From the NCBI GenBank assembly GCA_016208615.1, contig JACQXS010000002.1, positions 1 to 49,488 of the forward strand: a stretch of DNA of 49,488 bases. Reading direction: 5' to 3'. Under the pieces are notes generated by a model. It was not told the origin of the DNA. It saw only the letters and a list, made by a program, of their open reading frames with translations, and searched no databases. The translations under genes and the position numbers were made by a program. The stretch is from Candidatus Stahliibacteriota bacterium (lineage in GTDB: Bacteria > Hydrothermota > UBA3073 > JACQXS01). Position 1 is the stretch's first letter; each line of letters begins with the position of its first letter. Of the stretch, positions 10,901-19,115 are shown piece after piece.

Positions 10901-11412
10901 CTGTGCTCGTTTATTGCTTGAATTCCATAGCCAGAGTAGAGATTGAAAAAGGAGAATCCCAAAAAGCAATTGATATACTTAAAGAAGCTTACGCCTTGTG
11001 CGAAGAGATGGAATTAAAGTCCGAAACCTGTACTACCCTGACATTAATGGCACAAACTGTAAGCAATAACCAAAAACCGATATTAGATAAAGCACTACAT
11101 ATAGCTCTTGAATGCAAAAGTAAGGAGACAAAAAGCACAGTTCTCATCGGGTACACTAAATTTTATCTCCAAACCCAAGAATATAAACTATCAAAGGAGA
11201 TGGTACTAAAATTGATTACTCTACTTAAAGAGATGAAATGCCAGAACTATACTTTTGCTGAAGCCCTATACCTTGCCGGAATATGTTATAAAAATATAGA
11301 CGAAAACAAAATGGCTCAAAAATACCTCTCCCAAGCCCTATCTATGGCGGAAAAGTTAAAATTAAAACCCCTAATATCTAAAATCCGTCCCCTATTGGCT
11401 TCTGATTTTTGA
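7918..11412 (+). CDS. Zn-ribbon + class III nucleotide cyclase + AAA/STAND ATPase + TPR protein
   Basis: CHRC..CLNC. Cyclase LFADLKEFT, EYIGDAVLA, RIGINSG, GDAVNTTQR. ATPase GETGIGKS, IFEDCHYAD, GGNPLF, FNHELLREAAY. Long TPR array. Confidence 0.92.
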   Translation: MKCHRCGTENPERAQFCLNCGVKLGAIEVTAERKFATILFADLKEFTTLCEEKDPEEVREIIKELFIRFDNILEKSQVGYHEYIGDAVLALFGVPIAYGDDAERAITAGLSMQAEIKKFAKQIGVNIEMRIGINSGEMIYGEIPGKTTVTGDAVNTTQRLSVEASASRILISEATAKLVEGKVYTHPLPPLKLKGKKEEVIAYEVIKMANKVYPAFLSQIVGRDKEFSQLKQFFSPETSGLTFTVVIGETGIGKSRLLFELRRYLEKEHPALRVITIRCAPYRTLIYQTLADLIREVIQEEKSTPITTVIEKIEPRIIAYDPLAKHFLGLFFGIKFNNSPLDYLTPESARQTAFAILKNLLEDIAGDKEMVIIFEDCHYADSGTTDFLEFLTQTEINAKLKIMLVGRAEGIVEEVKKGKLKGNWNTIELQPLNEQDSRTMIKNFFGQKEVSEELMQALIQRTGGNPLFIEEFIKDIKEKTIALKDPDTSLPNSLWALLEARIDSFEPIERTLLRTASVIGKVFWKKVLERLITHSSLGSLLGLLEAKGIIYEQQPSRILKTQEFEFNHELLREAAYKTILKKQRKELHKEVFCSLKEHYEKEEIQIGLYLYLAAYHSEYAEEYDEAAKFYEALGDNAKERYAHREALNSYTKAIEIRSQKTEVRSQKSEVGQLINKKAESEMFLCEYDRAIEDYEKIAKSRDRETKILGLLGLANVYDTKGDFDTAIEYSTKAERNSEKYGLMELFAQSLHLIGRSYLGKGIYEQALEYNKKAITCYESLIQNSNLKSQISNLKNGLAKSIKNIGNTHWYKGDYESAIDSYKQSFAICEEIDDKYGVAQSINNIALVHNDREDYLTALKFHNIALKMYEGMGDKSGVAACLNNIGIDYDRIGEKEKALNFYNQSLEIFNSIGKRDEGALILCNIGNVLHYIGKYDEAIEVHEKGLKIHRESGDKRGIAVSLNSIGEIYCDKGDYETALTYQKEAEQIFRIIGAKSVLVYCLNSIARVEIEKGESQKAIDILKEAYALCEEMELKSETCTTLTLMAQTVSNNQKPILDKALHIALECKSKETKSTVLIGYTKFYLQTQEYKLSKEMVLKLITLLKEMKCQNYTFAEALYLAGICYKNIDENKMAQKYLSQALSMAEKLKLKPLISKIRPLLASDF

Positions 11413-11429
11413 CTTCGGTTCTCTGCCTG

Positions 11430-11975
11430 CTATATCCGGGCAATACACTCAATAGAACCTATCCACTCTGATAAATCTGAAAGTATAGATTTTGCTTTCC
11501 TTGAAACTACTCGAGAGGGTAGCTTGGATACTGCATCCCGCAACTCCATTGTAGTATTCCTTAGTCTTTCTGACAATATAACAGCAAGATTACGCATCAC
11601 TATACGCTCTATATTTGGATTTTTCTCGCCCAGTTTGTTAAATTTAGCCCTCTCAAGTACCAATACTTTCGCAGTAGAAAGGCATCTTACAGTAGCTGAA
11701 CGCGGGATACCGCCCAGAAAGGCAAGTTCACCAAATATCTCTTTGGGCTCTAATGTATGGACAGGAACTATATCTTTGAAACCTGGAATCTCAACCTCTG
11801 TATGAAGCGCACCATCTACCAGAATATTTATGGATGCATCCTTTTCGCCTTGCTTTATTACCATATCACCTTTCCAAAATTTCTTTTCGTGGCATATTTT
11901 GGCAATTTCCTCAAGCTCCGCATCTATTAAGTCGTCAAATATCCTAACACCCTTTATAGATTCTGACTTCTTCAT
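11430..11975 (-). CDS. Stand-alone cyclic-nucleotide-binding domain protein
   Basis: IKQGE and FGELAFLGGIPRSATV phosphate-binding cassette. No obvious Crp HTH. GGAGG ribosome-binding site upstream. Confidence 0.88.
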   Translation of the reverse strand: MKKSESIKGVRIFDDLIDAELEEIAKICHEKKFWKGDMVIKQGEKDASINILVDGALHTEVEIPGFKDIVPVHTLEPKEIFGELAFLGGIPRSATVRCLSTAKVLVLERAKFNKLGEKNPNIERIVMRNLAVILSERLRNTTMELRDAVSKLPSRVVSRKAKSILSDLSEWIGSIECIARI

Positions 11976-12043
11976 CTTTCCACCTCCTTAATCTAATTTA
12001 CACTATGATAATCTAATGTCAACTAAAATTTATTTCCTTACTA

Positions 12044-12526
12044 TTAAACTTGTGTTCTATCCAAAAGTTCATTTTCAATTTCACGAAGCTCAACTAATGT
12101 TAAACCTATTTTATCCGCCTTACAAGGTTCACTTTTATAGGCGACAAAAAAATCCTTTACCTTACTTACCTTTGCCCCTAATAATAATGCCCTATTCTGC
12201 ACTTCCTTATCATCGCTTACCACGACTATAATTTTGGGATTAGCAGATTTCTTAATTAGCTGTATAATATGGTCATCAGCACTTATATTATGGGTAAAAA
12301 TGACCTCTATCCCGATAACTTCAACCTGCGGATAATCTATTACCTCCGCATTGCCATCAAAAACAACAGTTACTTTATTCTTAAGACTACCTTGCGGATG
12401 TTTAGTTCGGATATACCGCAGAAGTCTATCTCGGCTTTGTTGGATTGACCCTATTGAGGTTAAACCTCCTTGCAAAGAGGTAACTTTATGTGTAATATTA
12501 TAGCCATCGAGAATATAATGTAACAT
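12044..12526 (-). CDS. NYN-domain (YacP/Rae1-like) ribonuclease
   Basis: ILDGYNI, VVFDG, SADDHII and VVSDDKEV motifs. Confidence 0.85.
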   Translation of the reverse strand: MLHYILDGYNITHKVTSLQGGLTSIGSIQQSRDRLLRYIRTKHPQGSLKNKVTVVFDGNAEVIDYPQVEVIGIEVIFTHNISADDHIIQLIKKSANPKIIVVVSDDKEVQNRALLLGAKVSKVKDFFVAYKSEPCKADKIGLTLVELREIENELLDRTQV

Positions 12527-12576
12527 AAAATATAAATCCCAAATCCCAATATCAAAATCCCAAACAATACCAATAA

Positions 12577-13152
12577 TTAAGAGTTCAAAATTTCAGTACA
12601 TTTTATTCCTTCTTTATGGAATTTGCGGTTGCATTTTTCACACTTCACTTCATTATTATCAAATTTAAGTTTCTCGCCGCATTCACACATCCAGCCAATA
12701 ATTTTAGCCGGAACCCCTACAACTACTGCATAATCTGGTACATTGTGTGCTACAACAGCTCCCGCCCCTATAAATGCCCATTTGCCTATAGTAGTACCGC
12801 AAACTATGGTAGTATTTGCACCTATTGATGCCCCGTGACAGATACGAGTAGCTATCCATTTACCACCCTTAGGGTATGGGGCACGAGGATTTAAGTCATT
12901 AGTAAATACAGCAGATGGACCCACGAAGACATTATCCTCAAGCGTCACAAATGTGTACACAGACACATTGTTTTCAACTTTCACCCCATTCCCCAAAACA
13001 GCATCGCGTGCCACAAAGCAATTTTGACCAATTGTGCAATTTTTACCTATCTTGGCGCCGCCCATTATATGTGAGAAGTGCCAAATCTTAGTGCCTTCAC
13101 CTATTACTACTCCCTCATCTATTATTGCGGTGGGATCAACAAAATAATTCAT
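12577..13152 (-). CDS. Left-handed beta-helix N-acetyltransferase, WbpD/WlbB-like
   Basis: Hexapeptide repeats. IWHFSHI, VFVGPSAVFTNDLNPRA, GVPAKIIGWMCECG and C-terminal CEKC. Confidence 0.85.
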   Translation of the reverse strand: MNYFVDPTAIIDEGVVIGEGTKIWHFSHIMGGAKIGKNCTIGQNCFVARDAVLGNGVKVENNVSVYTFVTLEDNVFVGPSAVFTNDLNPRAPYPKGGKWIATRICHGASIGANTTIVCGTTIGKWAFIGAGAVVAHNVPDYAVVVGVPAKIIGWMCECGEKLKFDNNEVKCEKCNRKFHKEGIKCTEILNS

Positions 13153-13976
13153 CTATAACCTCCTATCACTAAAACTCCTAATCCTATGACCATACTAAGT
13201 TTAAGCCAATTATTGGCAGCAGGAACAAAGGTTTCAGATTTTAATAGTCTATACATAATAACACACATAGGAATGTCAATACAAATTACTACACTAATAA
13301 GGTAAAATCTATTATACAAGTGCATCGCAGGTGGCAAAAGAGTAACCAGAATTAGTAGCCCCAATATTCCTATTGCCAATCTAATCGCTTTTTTGTTTCC
13401 ATATTTAATAGGCAAAGAGATACTATTAGCTGTTTTGTCTCCTACCATATCTTCTATATCTTTTAATATCTCGCGTGAAAAGTGCAACAGGAAGGCAAAT
13501 AAAAAAGGAATGATAGTAAAGATTGGCTTTCCCATTGTTATCCCACCATAGACAAACGGAAAGCCACTAAGAAATGCAACTAATAGATTACCTGAAATAC
13601 CTTTACGCTTTAAGTTAAAATTATAGATAATAATAAGCAGTGAAACTAAACAAGTGATAATAAGCATTTGCATCCCTAATAGAATACTCGCCATAATGCC
13701 TATAATAAAAAGCACTGTTGAACCAATGATTACTTCTTTTTTTGTCAATTTACCTGACGGAATTGGCTTTGTAGGTCTATTTATTTTATCTATTTCAGAG
13801 TCAACTAAATCATTCATCGCATTACCTGCACTTATTATCAGAAAACAAACAAGACAAGCTAAAAATACATTGCCACTTATATCTTCGTATGTCAATAATC
13901 CACCAACTAAAACAGAAAGTCCGGCTATAATACCATTCAATGGTCTTAATAACTTAACAAAATAGACGATTTTCAT
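13149..13976 (-). CDS. UbiA-family prenyltransferase, DGGGP-synthase-like
   Basis: Multiple TM segments. GNAMNDLVDSEIDKINRPTKPIPSG and REILKDIEDMVGD Asp-rich motifs. Confidence 0.85.
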   Translation of the reverse strand: MKIVYFVKLLRPLNGIIAGLSVLVGGLLTYEDISGNVFLACLVCFLIISAGNAMNDLVDSEIDKINRPTKPIPSGKLTKKEVIIGSTVLFIIGIMASILLGMQMLIITCLVSLLIIIYNFNLKRKGISGNLLVAFLSGFPFVYGGITMGKPIFTIIPFLFAFLLHFSREILKDIEDMVGDKTANSISLPIKYGNKKAIRLAIGILGLLILVTLLPPAMHLYNRFYLISVVICIDIPMCVIMYRLLKSETFVPAANNWLKLSMVIGLGVLVIGGYR

Positions 13977-14347
13977 AATAATTTAGCCAATATGAATCCT
14001 ATGACTACTCCGGTAATAAAAGCTACTACAAGGACACGCGATTTAAGGATATCTAACTTCGCTCCTTTATGGAGGGCTAAAAATGTAATAATATAGGCAA
14101 GGGCATTAGTTATCCAAATAGCAGGTAAAGTAACTATTTTTACTATAAAAGGACCTACGACAGGTATGAGTCCAATAGCATTGACAATAAAAGAAAAAGC
14201 CTGAGCAAAGATACTAAAAATAATAATTCCCAAAGCGATTAACTTTTTATCCAGCCCAAAATAAGTCCCAAGTATAATAGTAAGTGTAATAATCATCCAT
14301 ATCCCTATAAGTATCCAATTTCGCTTAAAAAACTGCTTTAGCATCAC
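13973..14347 (-). CDS. Small integral membrane protein, unknown function
   Basis: 124 aa, 3-4 hydrophobic segments. Stop overlaps the start of the UbiA gene. Confidence 0.7.
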   Translation of the reverse strand: MMLKQFFKRNWILIGIWMIITLTIILGTYFGLDKKLIALGIIIFSIFAQAFSFIVNAIGLIPVVGPFIVKIVTLPAIWITNALAYIITFLALHKGAKLDILKSRVLVVAFITGVVIGFILAKLL

Positions 14348-14475
14348 TTTCCTGTTATATTGGCACCGCTATCTCTTTCAGTGGCACCACTAATTCTTTC
14401 AGAGTATCAAAAACTTAGACAATGTCAATTAAAAAATAGTTGACAAGGATAAGATTTATTGTATTTTTTGACAAG

Positions 14476-14880
14476 ATGCGACTACAATTAAAAGGCAAGT
14501 TAAAGAATGAGTTTGTGAAAAAGATAGAAAAGCTTTCAGGTGAAAATCTTTCCAAATGTTATCAATGTGGCAGATGTTCTGGTGGCTGTCCCTCTGCTCC
14601 ATTTATGGATTTACTGCCTAATCAAGTAATGAGATTCGCACAAATAGGTAGCCAAAAAGAGGTGTTAGGAGCTAAAACAGTGTGGTTATGTGCGTCTTGC
14701 TTTACTTGTATGGTTCGCTGTCCTAAGGGAGTTGATTTAGCTCGCGTTATGGAAGCTATCAGACAAATATCTTTGAGACAAAATGTAGATTATATTAGTC
14801 CAAACAAACTGCCTATTGAAAAAAGGACAGAACTGCCCTTAATAGCACTTGTAAGTGCTTTTCGTAAATCTACTGCTTGA
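14476..14880 (+). CDS. hdrC: Heterodisulfide reductase subunit C-like 2x[4Fe-4S] protein
   Basis: CYQCGRCSGGCP and WLCASCFTCMVRCPKGVD. ATG 14476 preferred because the TTG at 14440 is a -35 TTGACA box. Confidence 0.88.
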   Translation: MRLQLKGKLKNEFVKKIEKLSGENLSKCYQCGRCSGGCPSAPFMDLLPNQVMRFAQIGSQKEVLGAKTVWLCASCFTCMVRCPKGVDLARVMEAIRQISLRQNVDYISPNKLPIEKRTELPLIALVSAFRKSTA

Positions 14881-14883
14881 AAT

Positions 14884-17047
14884 ATGGAGAAAAGAGTATT
14901 TTTTGGTCTGATTGTAGGGACACAATTTATTGTGTCCTCACTCGCACAGGCAGATACTACTTTTGTGAGTGGAACTATTGATACGAATACTGTATGGGAT
15001 ACAGCAGGCAGTCCATATATTGTAATTGATACTGTGCTGGTAGATAGTGGTGTAACTCTGAATATAGAGCCGGGGGTAGAAGTGAGGATTGACTCAGCAA
15101 AGTCTATAATGATAAAGGGCAATTTGTATGCGATGGGGACGGTGGCAGATTCTATTATAATCAGTGCACGATATACTACAAAAAGATGGGATAGACTATG
15201 GTTTAAGCCAGCATCTTCTTGCACTCTAAAATATTGTAGGATTGAATATGCAGGCAATTCAGCCATCTATGGCGAAAGCACTTCTTATCTCTATATAGGT
15301 TATAACACAATCTATAATAATTTGGGCTTTTATTCCAACTTGATTAGGTATGGGGGCGGTATTTATAGCGCCGGAATATGTGATATAATTAGTAATACTA
15401 TCTCTAACAACAGTGCTTCTATTTCAGGATATGGGTGTACGAGCTACGGTGGTGGTATTTATGCTTCCGGTTCGGCGAATATTATTAATAATACTTTTTC
15501 ATATAATCATGCTGATGGCGTAAATGGCGTAGCTAATGGTTATGGATATGGTGGTGCTATCTATACTTCTGGCATTTCTATAATAAAGGATAATGTCATT
15601 TCATATAATTCTTGTTACGGTAGTGGTCATTATGGTAGTGGTGGTAATGGTGGTGGAATATGTAATTTAGGTCAAGCTACGATAAGTAATAATATTATTC
15701 TAAATAACAGTGCCGGAGGTAGTTCACAACGTCCATCGGAAAGCAGTGGTGGCGGAATATACAGTTCTAATTGGGCTATAATATCAAATAACATTATTTC
15801 TAAAAATATAGCCAGCGGTAACGGTGGTCAGTGGTTTGGATATGCTGGTGGTGGCGGTATTTCTTGCCAGTGGATATGCCGAGATAGTAAATAATATTGT
15901 GGTCAACAATAAAATTAGCTCTTATGGTTGGTATGGTGCAAGTAGTAATGGAGGTGGTATATGCTCTGATTCGGGCAAAATAATCGGCAACATTATCTCA
16001 AATAATATTGTTGGCGCATATGGTTATATGAACGGATCTGCCATTGCTTCTGGTGGTGGTATTTTGGCTTTTCATCAGATTACGATAATGGATAACACAG
16101 TTTCTTATAATCTACTCAGTGCGAGTACATATACAGGTAATAGCTATGAATATGGCAGTGCTATCTATCTTGGCGAAGGGGTATCTGAGAGTAGGCATAA
16201 TACTATTGTCGATACAGGAAGATATACTATCTATATTGGAACTGGCAGTCCAGTGATTGACAGTAATAATCTATATTCCACTGGCTATATTATTTATAAT
16301 GGGAGCGTAAGTAATATAAATGCTCCATATAATTATTGGTATGCAACTGATACAAGTTCTATTAATGCGAAGATATGGGATTATTATAATAGCTCTGGTG
16401 TTGGCAAAGTTTTCTATGAGCCATTTTTAACATCAGGAGATACGATTGCTCCTGTCCCTCCACCACTTAGTCTTACTGCTACTCAAACTGGAGAGGGTAG
16501 AATTACTCTTAACTGGGATACTGTGAAAGTCTCAGACGTCGCAGGTTATAAAGTCTGGTATGACACAGACACATCGGGCTATCCTTATACGGGAACTGGT
16601 GCAAATGAAGGCAATTCACCAATTGAGGTGGGTAATATTACTACTTTTGAGCTTACTGGTTTAAGTGCACCGATTTATTATGTTGCTGTAACTGCATATG
16701 ACAATAGTGGTGATAGTTCTTGGTATAGTAATGAGGCGGTTGTTCAATTATTAGGAGTAGAGGAAGAGAGTCCAAAACCCAAATTCCAAAATGCGAAATT
16801 AGAAGTTTATCCGAACCCATCGTTTAGCAAGCCAGTAATAAAATATGAACTACCTGAAAAAGTATTTGTTAGTTTAAATCTTTATGATTTATCAGGCAGA
16901 TTGGTTAAACCCATTTATTCTGGGACTCAAGATAAAGGATATTACACAGTTGAGCTAAAAAGTAATGAACTAACTAAGGGTATTTACTTTATTAAATTTA
17001 AGGGCGATACTTTTACATCTACAAAGAAGCTCGTGATATTGAAATAG
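14884..17047 (+). pseudogene. Secreted beta-helix + FN3 + T9SS-type CTD protein split by a 1-bp frameshift near 15860 (pseudogene or sequence error)
   Basis: GGGI/NN beta-helix repeats run across both ORFs. Removing one T from ggtATTTCTTgcc joins GGGI to LASGYAEIVNN. FN3 (LNWD..GYKVWY..YYVAVTAYD) and VYPNP..LYDLSGRLV..GIYFI..KKLVILK tail. Confidence 0.8.
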
Positions 17048-17084
17048 ATGGTCAAAAGAGGTGCGACCTCAAATTAAGAGCAAA

Positions 17085-17948
17085 ATGAAACTACTATATT
17101 ATCCTGGTTGCACATTAAAAACTACAGCTAAGAATTTTGAGGACTCTGCTATTGCCTCTTTTAATGCATTAGGAGTTGAACTAAAAGAATTGCAACGCTG
17201 GAATTGTTGTGGCACAGTATGTTCGCTAACTACTGATGACCTGATGCATCACCGTGCGTCTGTGAGAAATCTTATAAGAGTAAAAGAAGAGGGAGAGAAT
17301 AAAGTAGCTACTTTTTGTAGTATGTGCTATAATACATTAAAGCAATCAAATATCAGGATTAAAAATAATATAAGCGAGAGAGAAAAGATAAATGACTTTA
17401 TGGATACTGAGAAAATTAAGTATGGGGGAGAGGTAAGTGTCTTGCATGGACTTGAAATTTTGAGAGATGAAATCGGCTTCAATAAGATAAGCGAAAAGGT
17501 GAAACGCCCGTTAAAGGGATTGAAAATTGCGCCCTATTATGGATGTTTGCTTTTGAGGCCCCTTGAAGTAGGAATTGATAATCCCGACAATCCATCGGTT
17601 TTGGAAAACTTGATTACTTCTTTGGGTGGGGAGGTGATTGACTTTCCTTATAAGAATGAGTGTTGTGGAGCGTATCAGACTGTAAATGAAGTAGAGATTG
17701 TGGTAGATAAAGCGTATGAGATGTTAAGTTATGCCCAATCTATGGGAGCAGAGCTAATACTGACCAGTTGCCCATTATGTGAGTTTAATCTTGACAGCAG
17801 GCAAAAGGAAGTGAAAAAGAGATACCCACAATTTAAGGAATTACCGGCTATGTATTTTACTCAAGTAATGGCAGTAGCATTTGACCTACCCAAAGAAACC
17901 TATAGATTTGACCTAAACTATGTAAAATGCAAATGGTTAAGTAGTTAA
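17085..17948 (+). CDS. hdrB: Heterodisulfide reductase subunit B-like (two CCG domains)
   Basis: YYPGC..WNCCG..CSMC and YYGC..ECCG..CPLC motifs. Start taken at MKLLYYPGC. Confidence 0.9.
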   Translation: MKLLYYPGCTLKTTAKNFEDSAIASFNALGVELKELQRWNCCGTVCSLTTDDLMHHRASVRNLIRVKEEGENKVATFCSMCYNTLKQSNIRIKNNISEREKINDFMDTEKIKYGGEVSVLHGLEILRDEIGFNKISEKVKRPLKGLKIAPYYGCLLLRPLEVGIDNPDNPSVLENLITSLGGEVIDFPYKNECCGAYQTVNEVEIVVDKAYEMLSYAQSMGAELILTSCPLCEFNLDSRQKEVKKRYPQFKELPAMYFTQVMAVAFDLPKETYRFDLNYVKCKWLSS

Positions 17949-18000
17949 ATAATTGAATAGTTGAATTTTAACCATTCACCATTTAACCAATTACCATTTA
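17931..18000. repeat. Inverted pair of ~8-nt periodic tracts (aaatggtt / aaccattt)
   Basis: aaatggttaagtagttaaataattgaatagttgaat then tttaaccattcaccatttaaccaattaccattta. Contains the hdrB stop codon. Confidence 0.75.
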
Positions 18001-18009
18001 AGCAATAAG

Positions 18010-18783
18010 ATGAGTGGTATTGATCTTCATATACATACGATTTTTTCTGATGGCACTTTAACGCCGGCTGAAGTAGTGAGAGTTGCGTCTGATGTGGGGC
18101 TTACGGCTATTGCTATTGCTGACCATGATGAGATTGGAGGAATAAACCCTGCTATAGAAGAAGTCAGAAGTCAGAAGTCGGAAATCAGAAGTCAGAAGTC
18201 GGAAATCAGAAGTCAGAAGTCAGAAGTTAGAAGTCAGAACCCTAAAAGTCAAACGACCGAGAACCCGATAACCGATAACCTGATAACCGTTAACCGAATA
18301 CCGATAGAAGTAGTGCCGGCGGTGGAAATTTCAAGTCAACTGGATGATAGGAGTGTGCATATTCTTGGGTATTTTATAGACCTTTTGAACCCTGAACTAA
18401 ATGACTTACTTTCTTTCATCTGCAAAGCAAGAATAGAGCGGTCGGAACAAATTGTTCTTTCGTTACAGGAGCTTGGAATTTTTGTGGATATTAAAGAGAT
18501 TGAAAAGATAGCGGGTCCCGGTGTTATTTGTCGTCCCCATATAGCGGCGGAAATGATAAATAGAGGCATAGTAGCTAACAAGGAAGAGGCATTTGGAAAA
18601 TACTTATCTTATCATAGCCCCTGTTATGTACCCAAAATTAACAAGCCAACCCCAGAAGTTATCAAAATTATAAATAATGCAGGTGGGATACCTGTTATTG
18701 CCCATCCATCCTATCTATCGGAAGAAGGGATTAAAAAAATTATAGATGATGAAGTATTACAAAAACTACGGAATTCGGCTTGA
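18010..18783 (+). CDS. PHP-domain metal-dependent phosphoesterase (TrpH/YciV-like) with ~49-aa repeat insert; apparently lacks the C-terminal SDxH segment
   Basis: DLHIHT..SDG, IADHD, VEIS, VHILGY, RPHIA and IAHP present. GIEV and GGSDFHG absent. Confidence 0.8.
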   Translation: MSGIDLHIHTIFSDGTLTPAEVVRVASDVGLTAIAIADHDEIGGINPAIEEVRSQKSEIRSQKSEIRSQKSEVRSQNPKSQTTENPITDNLITVNRIPIEVVPAVEISSQLDDRSVHILGYFIDLLNPELNDLLSFICKARIERSEQIVLSLQELGIFVDIKEIEKIAGPGVICRPHIAAEMINRGIVANKEEAFGKYLSYHSPCYVPKINKPTPEVIKIINNAGGIPVIAHPSYLSEEGIKKIIDDEVLQKLRNSA

Positions 18784-18807
18784 CAATTACATAAAGTGTG
18801 TTACTAT
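18780..18807 (+). promoter_or_regulatory. sigma70-type promoter (extended -10)
   Basis: TTGACA-16 nt-TACTAT with TG one base upstream of the -10. Confidence 0.65.
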
Positions 18808-18899
18808 AAAAAACAAGAAAATGGCAACTTTGTACTCGGATAAAGGGAATATGGACACAGATAATTGGAATATCCGAACAGATGAAAGAGTCGGATATT

Positions 18900-19067
18900 T
18901 GTACGGAAGGTTCGTACGCGTGTACGGAAGGTTCGTACGCGTGTACGGAAGGTTCGTACGCGTGTACGGAAGGTTCGTACGCGTGTACGGAAGCTCCGTA
19001 CGGTCAAACGGAAGCTCCGTACGGTCAAACGGAAGCTTCGTACGGTCAAACGGAAGCTTCGTACGCG
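18900..19067. repeat. 8 x 21-bp tandem repeat in two variants
   Basis: tgtacggaaggttcgtacgcg x4, one hybrid unit, then caaacggaagct(c/t)cgtacg.. x3. No spacers. Confidence 0.95.
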
Positions 19068-19115
19068 TGCGTGAAAGGAATATCCGATATGATTTATATT
19101 GGGTAGCACATTAAG

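Noticed and set aside
7918..12526. Cyclase + cNMP protein + NYN nuclease as a Pycsar/CBASS-like defence operon
   Set aside because: The cyclase is convergent with the other two genes, the cNMP protein has no TM or TIR effector and has its own promoter, and the NYN gene follows a housekeeping run. Kept only as a signalling hypothesis.
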